In this document: positions 1 to 8,922 of the stretch, one piece after another
Layout of the letters: the number at the start of each line of letters is the position of its first letter
Numbering within the stretch: position 1 is the stretch's first letter
NCBI RefSeq assembly: GCF_003790525.1
Contig: NZ_CP033636.1
DNA from: Escherichia coli
Lineage (GTDB): Bacteria > Pseudomonadota > Gammaproteobacteria > Enterobacterales > Enterobacteriaceae
Direction: 5' to 3' (one strand)
Length of the DNA: 64,000 nucleotides
The notes under the pieces: model-generated
The model's input: only the letters and a program-made list of their open reading frames with translations
What the model was told of the DNA's origin: nothing
Database searches by the model: none
Position numbers and translations under genes: made by a program

Positions 1-1
1 T

Positions 2-448
2 GCTGCCGGGACCGTCGCGCCAAGCCAGATTCTGCGGAAACTCGCCTCCTATCCGCGGCAGAACGAGCTCGCGACAGCCCTGCGGGAAGTCGGTCGCGTC
101 GAGCGCACCCTGTTCATGATCGACTGGATTCTGGATGCCGAACTCCAACGGCGTGCCCAGATCGGGCTCAACAAAGGCGAAGCTCATCATGCGCTGAAGC
201 GGGCAATCAGCTTCCACCGCCGCGGTGAAATCCGCGACCGTTCCGCCGAAGGCCAGCATTACCGCATCGCCGGCATGAATCTGCTCGCCGCCATCATCAT
301 CTTCTGGAACACCATGAAGCTCGGCGAGGTCGTTGCAAACCAGAAACGCGATGGAAAGCTGCTATCGCCCGATCTCTTGGCCCATGTTTCGCCGCTCGGA
401 TGGGAACACATCAATCTCACCGGAGAATATCGCTGGCCAAAGCCTTAG
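2..448 (+). CDS. tnpA: Tn3-family transposase TnpA, C-terminal fragment (5' part lies outside window); Tn5393-like
   Basis: Frame open from window edge, ends ...[19 protein letters not shown]; same C-terminal motif as the other Tn3-family TnpA copies in this window; stop abuts a Tn5393-type terminal repeat. Confidence 0.8.
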   Translation, partial: AAGTVAPSQILRKLASYPRQNELATALREVGRVERTLFMIDWILDAELQRRAQIGLNKGEAHHALKRAISFHRRGEIRDRSAEGQHYRIAGMNLLAAIIIFWNTMKLGEVVANQKRDGKLLSPDLLAHVSPLGWEHINLTGEYRWPKP

Positions 449-481
449 CGTAGGATTCCGCCCCCTCCCGCAAACGACCCC
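401..481 (-). repeat. Tn5393-type terminal inverted repeat (about 81 bp, 38-bp core 444-481, GGGG terminus at 481)
   Basis: Reverse complement reads GGGGTCGTTTGCGGGAGGGGGCGGAATCCTACGCTAAGGC...; near-identical to the repeat at 2592-2672. Confidence 0.7.
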
Positions 482-1393
482 GTGATGACCCTGCAGGCAT
501 CCCCTGAGACCCGGTTAATGCGCGCCGAGGTGCAGCGGCATTATCCGCACATCTGGCAGGAGCTGGAGGGGCTGGCGCAGGGACTGGAGGCCACTGTTGA
601 TCAGGTCTTTGCCTGGAACTGCCGTGGCGATCTGGTGCGCTCAACGTCGGATGGCTGTACGACGGTGGCCGGGGTAAACGCCGCAGGCGAGCGGATTATC
701 GCGCATAATGAAGACGGTTTTCCTCAGTTACGGGATGAATGCTTGCTGGCTACCATTACTCCGAGTCGCGGTCTGAGCTTTACGAGTTTTGCCTATCCGG
801 GGTCGATTTGCGGCCACACCTTTGCGGTAAATGAAAAAGGTATCGTTAACACGGTGAATAACATCCGTGCAGTGTATCGTCCGCAGGGATTACCGCGTCA
901 GATCCTGGCTCGCGCCTCGCTGAATGCGAACACCCTCGACGAGGCCATCACTATACTTACCGGCCAGCCGCGATCCGGGGCGTTTCACCATACGCTCGGG
1001 CAGCTGGGCGATGCGCGGCTGTTCAGCGTTGAGGCCACCGGTCAAGGCTGTTCCGTTCTACCCCTGACGACGGTAACCGGGCATGCCAACCATCTGGTGC
1101 ATGCGGCACTGGCTGGCGTTGAGCAGATCGTTACCGACAGTTCAGCGTCGCGGCAGTTACGCCTCGTGCAGTGGCGGGAAACGCAACCTCCGTTTGACGC
1201 CGCGGCGGCAAAAACCATTCTCTCAGATACCCATGACGCAGAACTGCCAATTTACCGGCTGGCTGCCGACGATCCGGATGAGGAGAACACCCTCGCCACG
1301 GCAGTTTTCACCCTCGATGCCAACCACGTCAGGTGGCAAATTTTCGACATTAACCGCGACGATGCTAAATTTCATGGAGAAGTGCGTGGGTGA
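482..1393 (+). CDS. Ntn-hydrolase (peptidase C45 / acyl-CoA:6-APA acyltransferase-like) protein, probably 5'-truncated at the transposon end
   Basis: 303-aa ORF starting inside the IR; contains SDGCTTVAG nucleophile-like motif typical of Ntn hydrolases; assignment from motif memory only. Confidence 0.4.
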   Translation: MMTLQASPETRLMRAEVQRHYPHIWQELEGLAQGLEATVDQVFAWNCRGDLVRSTSDGCTTVAGVNAAGERIIAHNEDGFPQLRDECLLATITPSRGLSFTSFAYPGSICGHTFAVNEKGIVNTVNNIRAVYRPQGLPRQILARASLNANTLDEAITILTGQPRSGAFHHTLGQLGDARLFSVEATGQGCSVLPLTTVTGHANHLVHAALAGVEQIVTDSSASRQLRLVQWRETQPPFDAAAAKTILSDTHDAELPIYRLAADDPDEENTLATAVFTLDANHVRWQIFDINRDDAKFHGEVRG

Positions 1394-1546
1394 AATAGCC
1401 GGTCGTCAGTCATAAAGGGCAGGGGAGTACCGTTGGCCCGGCGTTCGATAGTACCGTCCGGATACTGCCAGATATCGGCGTCCAGGGAGATGTCCTGAAG
1501 CGCGGTGTCCGGAATTTCAGGTTTGTGTCTCTACAAAGACTAACTA

Positions 1547-2362
1547 TCAGAAAAACTCATCGAGCATCAAATGAAACTGCAATTTATTCATATCAGGATT
1601 ATCAATACCATATTTTTGAAAAAGCCGTTTCTGTAATGAAGGAGAAAATTCACCGAGGCAGTTCCATAGGATGGCAAGATCCTGGTATCGGTCTGCGATT
1701 CCGACTCGTCCAACATCAATACAACCTATTAATTTCCCCTCGTCAAAAATAAGGTTATCAAGTGAGAAATCACCATGAGTGACGACTGAATCCGGTGAGA
1801 ATGGCAAAAGCTTATGCATTTCTTTCCAGACTTGTTCAACAGGCCAGCCATTACGCTCGTCATCAAAATCACTCGCATCAACCAAACCGTTATTCATTCG
1901 TGATTGCGCCTGAGCGAGACGAAATACGCGATCGCTGTTAAAAGGACAATTACTAACAGGAATCGAATGCAACCGGCGCAGGAACGCTGCCAGCGCATCA
2001 ACAATATTTTCACCTGAATCAGGATATTCTTCTAATACCTGGAATGCTGTTTTCCCGGGGAGCGCAGTGGTGAGTAACCATGCATCATCAGGAGTACGGA
2101 TAAAATGCTTGATGGTCGGAAGAGGCATAAATGCCGTCAGCCAGTTTAGTCTGACCATCTCATCTGTAACATCATTGGCAACGCTACCTTTGCCATGTTT
2201 CAGAAACAACTCTGGCGCATCGGGCTTCCCATACAATCGATAGATTGTCGCACCTGATTGCCCGACATTATCGCGAGCCCATTTATACCCATATAAATCA
2301 GCATCCAGGTTGGAATTTAATCGCGGCCTCGAGCAAGACGTTTCCCGTTGAATATGGCTCAT
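1547..2362 (-). CDS. aph(3')-Ia: aminoglycoside 3'-phosphotransferase APH(3')-Ia (kanamycin/neomycin resistance, Tn903 type)
   Basis: 271-aa translation MSHIQRETSCSRPRLNSNLDADLYGYKWARDNVGQSG... matches the Tn903 kanamycin resistance protein. Confidence 0.95.
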   Translation of the reverse strand: MSHIQRETSCSRPRLNSNLDADLYGYKWARDNVGQSGATIYRLYGKPDAPELFLKHGKGSVANDVTDEMVRLNWLTAFMPLPTIKHFIRTPDDAWLLTTALPGKTAFQVLEEYPDSGENIVDALAAFLRRLHSIPVSNCPFNSDRVFRLAQAQSRMNNGLVDASDFDDERNGWPVEQVWKEMHKLLPFSPDSVVTHGDFSLDNLIFDEGKLIGCIDVGRVGIADRYQDLAILWNCLGEFSPSLQKRLFQKYGIDNPDMNKLQFHLMLDEFF

Positions 2363-2466
2363 AACACCCCTTGTATTACTGTTTATGTAAGCAGACAGTT
2401 TTATTGTTCATGATGATATATTTTTATCTTGTGCAATGTAACATCAGAGATTTTGAGACACAACGT

Positions 2467-2591
2467 GGATTTGTTGAATAAATCGAACTTTTGCTGAGTT
2501 GAAGGATCAGATCACGCATCTTCCCGACAACGCAGACCGTTCCGTGGCAAAGCAAAAGTTCAAAATCACCAACTGGCCCACCTACAATAAA
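2467..2591. mobile_element. IS903 terminal fragment (about 125 bp) upstream of aph(3')-Ia
   Basis: GGATTTGTTGAATAAATCGAACTTTTGCTGAGTTGAAGGATCAGATCACGC... matches IS903 end as found in Tn903; cut off by the Tn5393 IR. Confidence 0.7.
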
Positions 2592-2672
2592 GGGGTCGTT
2601 TGCGGGAGAGGGCGAAATCCTACGCTAAGGCTTTGGCCAACGATATTCTCCGGTAAGATTGATGTGTTCCCA
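2592..2672 (+). repeat. Tn5393 terminal inverted repeat (IRR, about 81 bp) downstream of strB
   Basis: GGGGTCGTTTGCGGGAGAGGGCGAAATCCTACGCTAAGGCTTTGGCCAACGATATTCTCCGG... Confidence 0.8.
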
Positions 2673-2697
2673 GGGGATAGGAGAAGTCGCTTGATAT

Positions 2698-3534
2698 CTA
2701 GTATGACGTCTGTCGCACCTGCTTGATCGCGGCCGCGATAGCTAGATCGCGTTGCTCCTCTTCTCCATCCGCGTTCCAAGCTGCGGAAAGGCACCCATAA
2801 GCGTACGCCTGGTCGAGCAGGCGACGCGGATCGACGTCCAGCGCACGAGAGAATGCGTCCGCCATCTGTGCAATGCGTCTAGGATCGAGACAAAGGTCGT
2901 CTCTGTCAGCCGGATCGTAGAACATATTGGCGGCGCCAAAGCCCACTTCACCGACCAGACCGACGGGATCTATCACCAGCCAGCCGCGACTGGAGAACAT
3001 GATGTTTTCATGATGCAGATCGCCATGTAGCCCACGCAGTTCCGAGGCATTGCTCATCATTTGATCGGCTATAATCGCCGCGTGGACGTAGTCAGTTTGA
3101 CAACCTGCGTTTTGATCATCGCGCGCCCGCTGAAACAAAGCTGCAAAGCGATCCCGGATCGGGAGAAGGGCAGAAGGCAGGGGTTCCTCAGATGCGGCAT
3201 ACAGCTTCGCCATTAGTTCCGCTGCAATTTCGGTCGCCTGGTAGTCGCCGTGCTCGGCAACGATGTGAGAGAGCATTCGCTCCCCGGCATATTCGAGCAA
3301 CATCAGATTGTTCTCACGACCGAGCAACCGGACTGCTCCCCTCCCATTGCGCCATACCAGATAGTCGGCCCCGCGCAGTTCATCAGCAATGTCTTCTATA
3401 GGTTTCAATTCCTTGACGATTGCAGGAGTCCCGTCTGGCAATGAAACTTTCCAAACGAGGCTGGAAAAGGTGTCCGCAATGAGAACAGGTTGCGAAACGT
3501 GCCAATGAGCAGGAAAAACAGGCGGCATGAACAT
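2698..3534 (-). CDS. strB: aminoglycoside 6-phosphotransferase APH(6)-Id (streptomycin resistance)
   Basis: Translation MFMPPVFPAHWHVSQPVLIADTFSSLVWKVSLPDGTPAIVK... (278 aa from internal ATG); overlaps strA stop by 1 nt. Confidence 0.95.
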   Translation of the reverse strand: MFMPPVFPAHWHVSQPVLIADTFSSLVWKVSLPDGTPAIVKELKPIEDIADELRGADYLVWRNGRGAVRLLGRENNLMLLEYAGERMLSHIVAEHGDYQATEIAAELMAKLYAASEEPLPSALLPIRDRFAALFQRARDDQNAGCQTDYVHAAIIADQMMSNASELRGLHGDLHHENIMFSSRGWLVIDPVGLVGEVGFGAANMFYDPADRDDLCLDPRRIAQMADAFSRALDVDPRRLLDQAYAYGCLSAAWNADGEEEQRDLAIAAAIKQVRQTSY

Positions 3535-4337
3535 CAACCCCAAGTCAGAGGGTCCAATCGCAGATAGAAGGCAAGGCGTTCGCGGTCGGGGGCTTCGATC
3601 CCCAATACATTGAATAGGACAGCGAAGGCGCGCTCTGCTTCATCTGGCGCTGCCCAGTTCTCTTCGGCGTTAGCAATCATGAGTGCCAAATCGGCATAGC
3701 GATCTGCTGTTCCGAGCCGCCCAAGGTCGATCAGACCCGTGCATTGAAGAGTTTTAGGGTCCACCATGAAGTTCGGCATGCAGGGATCACCATGGCAAAC
3801 AACCATATCGGTGCGCTCTTGGTCGAGCCGCACCGGTAGCTCTCGTTCGACACGAGCCAAAAGATCGAGCTGCGGCGTACTCTTGTCCTCGTCCGGTAAG
3901 AAGTCGGGATTGACGGCATTGCGGGACACCACATCAACGGCGCGTCCGAACATTCGCGACAGCCTGCGCTCAAACGGACATTGATCAACCGATAGGCTGT
4001 GAACAGCGCCAAGTTGCTGCCCCATTGACGGCCACGCTTTGAGCAAATCCGCTCCAGACAGATCAGCCGCCGGTACTCCCGGAATTGCCGTTATCACCAA
4101 GCATGCACCCTCCTGTTCCTCCTGCCAGTTGATCACCTCGGGGCAAGCCACACCTCGACCTTTGAGCCAAATGAGGCGGTCACGCTCTCCAGCGAGCTCA
4201 CCGCGGCGGGAAGCAGGTGCGATTTTCGCGAAGGCATGCCCGTCACCACGTCGAAAAACAAAATCACCAGATTCTCCGCCTCTGACAGGCAACCAGTCAG
4301 AATGCGATTCACCAAAAAAAATATTAGTTCGATTCAA
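3534..4337 (-). CDS. strA: aminoglycoside 3''-phosphotransferase APH(3'')-Ib (streptomycin resistance), TTG start
   Basis: 267-aa product LNRTNIFFGESHSDWLPVRGGESGDFVFRRGDGHAFAKIAPASRRGELAGERDRLIWLKG... within longer ORF. Confidence 0.95.
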   Translation of the reverse strand: MNRTNIFFGESHSDWLPVRGGESGDFVFRRGDGHAFAKIAPASRRGELAGERDRLIWLKGRGVACPEVINWQEEQEGACLVITAIPGVPAADLSGADLLKAWPSMGQQLGAVHSLSVDQCPFERRLSRMFGRAVDVVSRNAVNPDFLPDEDKSTPQLDLLARVERELPVRLDQERTDMVVCHGDPCMPNFMVDPKTLQCTGLIDLGRLGTADRYADLALMIANAEENWAAPDEAERAFAVLFNVLGIEAPDRERLAFYLRLDPLTWG

Positions 4338-4629
4338 TGGAGGTTCCTTCAGTTTTCTGATGAAGCGCGGAGGTGGCTCAACCTGCGAAAAGAAACGAGT
4401 TGCTATGGACTTGCACCGGTTGTGTTCCGGTCTATCTCTCATTTTAAGCGGCTTTTTTCTCAAATGCCACCGGCGATTTCCAGCCGAGTGTTGAATGTCT
4501 TCGGCGTGGATTATAAAAGCCATTTACCCATATAATGCGCCTACTTATCAGCCTTTGGGACGTTGGGACGGTATTTTTCACTATATACCCCCAAGTTTTT
4601 AGACATGAAAAAAGGGTAATGACTCCAAC

Positions 4630-5133
4630 TTATTGATAGTGTTTTATGTTCAGATAATGCCCGATGACTTTGTCATGCAGCTCCACCGATTTTGAGAACG
4701 ACAGCGACTTCCGTCCCAGCCGTGCCAGGTGCTGCCTCAGATTCAGGTTATGCCGCTCAATTCGCTGCGTATATCGCTTGCTGATTACGTGCAGCTTTCC
4801 CTTCAGGCGGGATTCATACAGCGGCCAGCCATCCGTCATCCATATCACCACGTCAAAGGGTGACAGCAGGCTCATAAGACGCCCCAGCGTCGCCATAGTG
4901 CGTTCACCGAATACGTGCGCAACAACCGTCTTCCGGAGCCTGTCATACGCGTAAAACAGCCAGCGCTGGCGCGATTTAGCCCCGACGTATCCCCACTGTT
5001 CGTCCATTTCCGCGCAGACGATGACGTCACTGCCCGGCTGTATGCGCGAGGTTACCGACTGCGGCCTGAGTTTTTTAAGTGACGTAAAATCGTGTTGAGG
5101 CCAACGCCCATAATGCGGGCTGTTGCCCGGCAT
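4630..5133 (-). CDS. insB: IS1 InsB
   Basis: 167-aa [61 protein letters not shown]... Confidence 0.9.
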
Positions 5134-5327
5134 CCAACGCCATTCATGGCCATATCAATGATTTTCTGGTGCGTACCGGGTTGAGAAGCGGTGTAAGTGA
5201 ACTGCAGTTGCCATGTTTTACGGCAGTGAGAGCAGAGATAGCGCTGATGTCCGGCGGTGCTTTTGCCGTTACGCACCACCCCGTCAGTAGCTGAACAGGA
5301 GGGACAGCTGATAGAAACAGAAGCCAC
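5052..5327 (-). CDS. insA: IS1 InsA
   Basis: 91-aa [46 protein letters not shown]... Confidence 0.9.
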
Positions 5328-5382
5328 TGGAGCACCTCAAAAACACCATCATACACTAAATCAGTAAGTTGGCAGCATCACC

Positions 5383-5561
5383 CGACGCACTTTGCGCCGA
5401 ATAAATACCTGTGACGGAAGATCACTTCGCAGAATAAATAAATCCTGGTGTCCCTGTTGATACCGGGAAGCCCTGGGCCAACTTTTGGCGAAAATGAGAC
5501 GTTGATCGGCACGTAAGAGGTTCCAACTTTCACCATAATGAAATAAGATCACTACCGGGCG
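5383..5561. promoter_or_regulatory. Tn9 catA1 upstream/promoter remnant (cat gene itself absent)
   Basis: ...ACGTAAGAGGTTCCAACTTTCACCATAATGAAATAAGATCACTACCGGGCG matches the region between IS1 and cat in Tn9/pACYC184-type sequences; ends at the IS10 junction. Confidence 0.6.
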
Positions 5562-6120
5562 CTGAGAGATCCCCTCATAATTTCCCCAAAGCGTAACCAT
5601 GTGTGAATAAATTTTGAGCTAGTAGGGTTGCAGCCACGAGTAAGTCTTCCCTTGTTATTGTGTAGCCAGAATGCCGCAAAACTTCCATGCCTAAGCGAAC
5701 TGTTGAGAGTACGTTTCGATTTCTGACTGTGTTAGCCTGGAAGTGCTTGTCCCAACCTTGTTTCTGAGCATGAACGCCCGCAAGCCAACATGTTAGTTGA
5801 AGCATCAGGGCGATTAGCAGCATGATATCAAAACGCTCTGAGCTGCTCGTTCGGCTATGGCGTAGGCCTAGTCCGTAGGCAGGACTTTTCAAGTCTCGGA
5901 AGGTTTCTTCAATCTGCATTCGCTTCGAATAGATATTAACAAGTTGTTTGGGTGTTCGAATTTCAACAGGTAAGTTAGTTGCTAGAACCCATGGCTCCTT
6001 TGCCGACGCTGAGTAGATTTTAGGTGACGGGTGGTGACAATGAGTCCGTGTCGAGCGCTGATTTTTTCGGCCTTTAGAGCGAGATTTATACAATAGAATT
6101 TGGCATGAGATTGGATTGCT
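5562..6120 (-). mobile_element. IS10 fragment (inside end plus 3' part of transposase gene), truncated by IS26
   Basis: CTGAGAGATCCCCTCATAATTTCCCC end; 172-aa ORF 5575-6093 matches IS10 transposase C-terminus (...EETFRDLKSPAYGLGLRHSRTSSSERFDIMLLIALML...). Confidence 0.8.
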
Positions 6121-6940
6121 GGCACTGTTGCAAAGTTAGCGATGAGGCAGCCTTTTGTCTTATTCAAAGGCCTTACATTTCAAAAACTCTGCTTACCAGG
6201 CGCATTTCGCCCAGGGGATCACCATAATAAAATGCTGAGGCCTGGCCTTTGCGTAGTGCACGCATCACCTCAATACCTTTGATGGTGGCGTAAGCCGTCT
6301 TCATGGATTTAAATCCCAGCGTGGCGCCGATTATCCGTTTCAGTTTGCCATGATCGCATTCAATCACGTTGTTCCGGTACTTAATCTGTCGGTGTTCAAC
6401 GTCAGACGGGCACCGGCCTTCGCGTTTGAGCAGAGCAAGCGCGCGACCATAGGCGGGCGCTTTATCCGTGTTGATGAATCGCGGGATCTGCCACTTCTTC
6501 ACGTTGTTGAGGATTTTACCCAGAAACCGGTATGCAGCTTTGCTGTTACGACGGGAGGAGAGATAAAAATCGACAGTGCGGCCCCGGCTGTCGACGGCCC
6601 GGTACAGATACGCCCAGCGGCCATTGACCTTCACGTAGGTTTCATCCATGTGCCACGGGCAAAGATCGGAAGGGTTACGCCAGTACCAGCGCAGCCGTTT
6701 TTCCATTTCAGGCGCATAACGCTGAACCCAGCGGTAAATCGTGGAGTGATCGACATTCACTCCGCGTTCAGCCAGCATCTCCTGCAGCTCACGGTAACTG
6801 ATGCCGTATTTGCAGTACCAGCGTACGGCCCACAGAATGATGTCACGCTGAAAATGCCGGCCTTTGAATGGGTTCATGTGCAGCTCCATCAGCAAAAGGG
6901 GATGATAAGTTTATCACCACCGACTATTTGCAACAGTGCC
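6121..6940 (-). mobile_element. IS26 copy 1 (820 bp)
   Basis: 14-bp terminal IRs GGCACTGTTGCAAA / TTTGCAACAGTGCC at exact 820-bp spacing; flanks ggattgct / acttgacc (no target duplication). Confidence 0.95.
6173..6877 (-). CDS. tnpA: IS26 transposase Tnp26 (IS6 family), G184 reference form
   Basis: 234-aa [35 protein letters not shown]... with ...[10 protein letters not shown]... Confidence 0.95.
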   Translation of the reverse strand: MNPFKGRHFQRDIILWAVRWYCKYGISYRELQEMLAERGVNVDHSTIYRWVQRYAPEMEKRLRWYWRNPSDLCPWHMDETYVKVNGRWAYLYRAVDSRGRTVDFYLSSRRNSKAAYRFLGKILNNVKKWQIPRFINTDKAPAYGRALALLKREGRCPSDVEHRQIKYRNNVIECDHGKLKRIIGATLGFKSMKTAYATIKGIEVMRALRKGQASAFYYGDPLGEMRLVSRVFEM

Positions 6941-6984
6941 ACTTGACCTGATAGTTTGGCTGTGAGCAATTATGTGCTTAGTGC
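6941..6984 (-). other. First ~44 bp of class 1 integron 3'-conserved segment, truncated by IS26
   Basis: Reverse complement GCACTAAGCACATAATTGCTCACAGCCAAACTATCAGGTCAAGT follows a GTTAGAT cassette boundary (6985-6991). Confidence 0.6.
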
Positions 6985-7029
6985 ATCTAACGTCAAAATC
7001 AGCGGCGCGTTTTTATGCGTCCGCTGGAT

Positions 7030-7851
7030 TTACTTGTTGTGCGGCGTCGCAGACTCATTGAACAACCTTTTTGCCTGCGCAATTACAGTTCTCGGAAGCT
7101 CGATATTCAGAGGTTCTGTCACGCTCTTGAACAATTCGAGACTCCACGTCCACGTTTGATGATAGGCTGCACATAGTGCTCTTGGTTCTGCACTGCTTGT
7201 GCATGCCAGATAGCGATTATACGAGTCCTCCGAGATATCCTTTTCGAGCGCGCGTGAAGGTGTCGGCCAGTGGTCTGTTGCCCCTTCGTGGAGTCGAACC
7301 AGCTTGAGTAGGTTTTCATGTGCTTTGCTGAGCAAAGCCCAGGCGCGAGCGTACTCTCCCCGATTTAAAAGATTGGCCCCAAAGAGCATCAGGCTGATGA
7401 GGTTCAACACAAGCCCTTCCACCAGCGGCGCGCCTTCACGTATCGGGGGACCGCCCACGAGAGCGCTTGCGTACCTTGACAACTCTCCTGATCGGTCCAA
7501 CAAAACAGCCGCCTCAAGCGAGGGAAACCACCCATAGCCTTGCCAAGTGGAAATGACCGGTATGTCCGATTTTCGCATGAAATGGAATTCACCGCGAATG
7601 CCGTTTTCAAAAAGTGCGGTGTGGTGGCCGAAGTCGTCCGGAAAGTAAGCAGCAACCGGACTTACGGCATTAAGCCACGAGCGCTGATCGAAATTTTCAA
7701 AATGGTCATCCTGGATGAACACTGCGAATTCGATATCAGAGAACTCGTCACCCTCTCCGATAGCAAATGAGCCGAACATCAATGCCGCGATTATTCGTGC
7801 ATCCTCATGACAACCTTCCTTGAAGAGTTCGATCATTTTCAGTTGAAGCAT
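7030..7851 (-). CDS. lnu(F): lincosamide nucleotidyltransferase Lnu(F) (gene cassette 2 of integron 1)
   Basis: 273-aa MLQLKMIELFKEGCHEDARIIAALMFGSFAIGEGDEFSDIEFAVFIQDD...; cassette context after aadA2 attC. Confidence 0.85.
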   Translation of the reverse strand: MLQLKMIELFKEGCHEDARIIAALMFGSFAIGEGDEFSDIEFAVFIQDDHFENFDQRSWLNAVSPVAAYFPDDFGHHTALFENGIRGEFHFMRKSDIPVISTWQGYGWFPSLEAAVLLDRSGELSRYASALVGGPPIREGAPLVEGLVLNLISLMLFGANLLNRGEYARAWALLSKAHENLLKLVRLHEGATDHWPTPSRALEKDISEDSYNRYLACTSSAEPRALCAAYHQTWTWSLELFKSVTEPLNIELPRTVIAQAKRLFNESATPHNK

Positions 7852-7923
7852 AGAAATATCCTTTTATTGAAGCCACAGATTATGAGGAAAGGTATACGCA
7901 GATTTTTGTTTTTTTTCGTCAGC

Positions 7924-7983
7924 ACAACGCCGGAGTTAAGCCGCCGCGCGTAGCGCGGTCGGCTTGAACGAATTGTTAGACAT
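7924..7983 (-). other. attC (59-be) of aadA2 cassette
   Basis: Reverse complement GTCTAACAATTCGTTCAAGCCGACCGCGCTACGCGCGGCGGCTTAACTCCGGCGTT, imperfect palindrome typical of aadA attC. Confidence 0.6.
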
Positions 7984-8774
7984 TATTTGCCGATTACCTT
8001 GGTGATCTCGCCTTTCACGTAGTGGACAAATTCTTCCAACTGATCTGCGCGCGAGGCCAAGCGATCTTCTTCTTGTCCAAGATAAGCCTGTCTAGCTTCA
8101 AGTATGACGGGCTGATACTGGGCCGGCAGGCGCTCCATTGCCCAGTCGGCAGCGACATCCTTCGGCGCGATTTTGCCGGTTACTGCGCTGTACCAAATGC
8201 GGGACAACGTAAGCACTACATTTCGCTCATCGCCAGCCCAGTCGGGCGGCGAGTTCCATAGCGTTAAGGTTTCATTTAGCGCCTCAAATAGATCCTGTTC
8301 AGGAACCGGATCAAAGAGTTCCTCCGCCGCTGGACCTACCAAGGCAACGCTATGTTCTCTTGCTTTTGTCAGCAAGATAGCCAGATCAATGTCGATCGTG
8401 GCTGGCTCGAAGATACCTGCAAGAATGTCATTGCGCTGCCATTCTCCAAATTGCAGTTCGCGCTTAGCTGGATAACGCCACGGAATGATGTCGTCGTGCA
8501 CAACAATGGTGACTTCTACAGCGCGGAGAATCTCGCTCTCTCCAGGGGAAGCCGAAGTTTCCAAAAGGTCGTTGATCAAAGCTCGCCGCGTTGTTTCATC
8601 AAGCCTTACGGTCACCGTAACCAGCAAATCAATATCGCTGTATGGCTTCAGGCCGCCATCCACTGCGGAGCCGTACAAATGCACGGCCAGCAACGTTGAT
8701 TCCAGATGGCGCTCAATGACGCTTAGCACCTCTGATAGTTGGTTCGAAATTTCGATGGTCACCGCTACCCTCAT
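7983..8774 (-). CDS. aadA2: aminoglycoside (3'') adenylyltransferase AadA2 (streptomycin/spectinomycin), cassette 1 of integron 1
   Basis: MRVAVTIEISNQLSEVLSVIERHLESTLLAVHLYGSAVDGGLKPYSDIDLLVTVTVRLDE...; start chosen at internal ATG of longer ORF that reads through attI1. Confidence 0.9.
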   Translation of the reverse strand: MRVAVTIEISNQLSEVLSVIERHLESTLLAVHLYGSAVDGGLKPYSDIDLLVTVTVRLDETTRRALINDLLETSASPGESEILRAVEVTIVVHDDIIPWRYPAKRELQFGEWQRNDILAGIFEPATIDIDLAILLTKAREHSVALVGPAAEELFDPVPEQDLFEALNETLTLWNSPPDWAGDERNVVLTLSRIWYSAVTGKIAPKDVAADWAMERLPAQYQPVILEARQAYLGQEEDRLASRADQLEEFVHYVKGEITKVIGK

Positions 8775-8922
8775 GATGTCTAACTTTGTTTTAGGGCGAC
8801 TGCCCTGCTGCGTAACATCGTTGCTGCTCCATAACATCAAACATCGACCCACGGCGTAACGCGCTTGCTGCTTGGATGCCCGAGGCATAGACTGTACCCC
8901 AAAAAAACAGTCATAACAAGCC
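8775..8922. other. attI1 recombination region of integron 1 (approximate)
   Basis: Lies between intI1 start (8923) and first cassette; contains the ORF-11-like leader translated as ...PRASKQQARYAVGRCLMLWSSNDVTQQGSRPKTKL. Confidence 0.55.

Larger units (their letters stand above)
4615..5382 (-). mobile_element. IS1 (768 bp, complete)
   Basis: Ends GGTAATGACTCCAACTTATTGAT ... ATCAGTAAGTTGGCAGCATCACC; insA/insB ORFs present; no 9-bp target duplication at flanks. Confidence 0.9.

Noticed and set aside
1083-1415. 110-aa ORF in an alternative frame overlapping the hydrolase-like gene
   Set aside because: Fully nested in the longer ORF 482-1393 in another frame; Arg/Ser/Pro-rich composition.
6173-6895. 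Extended 240-aa IS26 transposase ORF starting [12 protein letters not shown]
   Set aside because: The start would lie within the terminal repeat region; the 234-aa product beginning MNPFKG is the form I recall as the accepted Tnp26.
6350-6946. 198-240-aa ORFs ([16 protein letters not shown]...) on the strand opposite the IS26 transposase, recurring in all seven IS26 copies
   Set aside because: They are antisense read-throughs of the IS26 transposase gene; the transposase frame is the conserved coding one.
8022-8859. Plus-strand ORFs of 79-124 aa overlapping aadA2 (and equivalent minus-strand ORFs over aadA1 at 47992-48712)
   Set aside because: Antisense to well-defined resistance gene cassettes.
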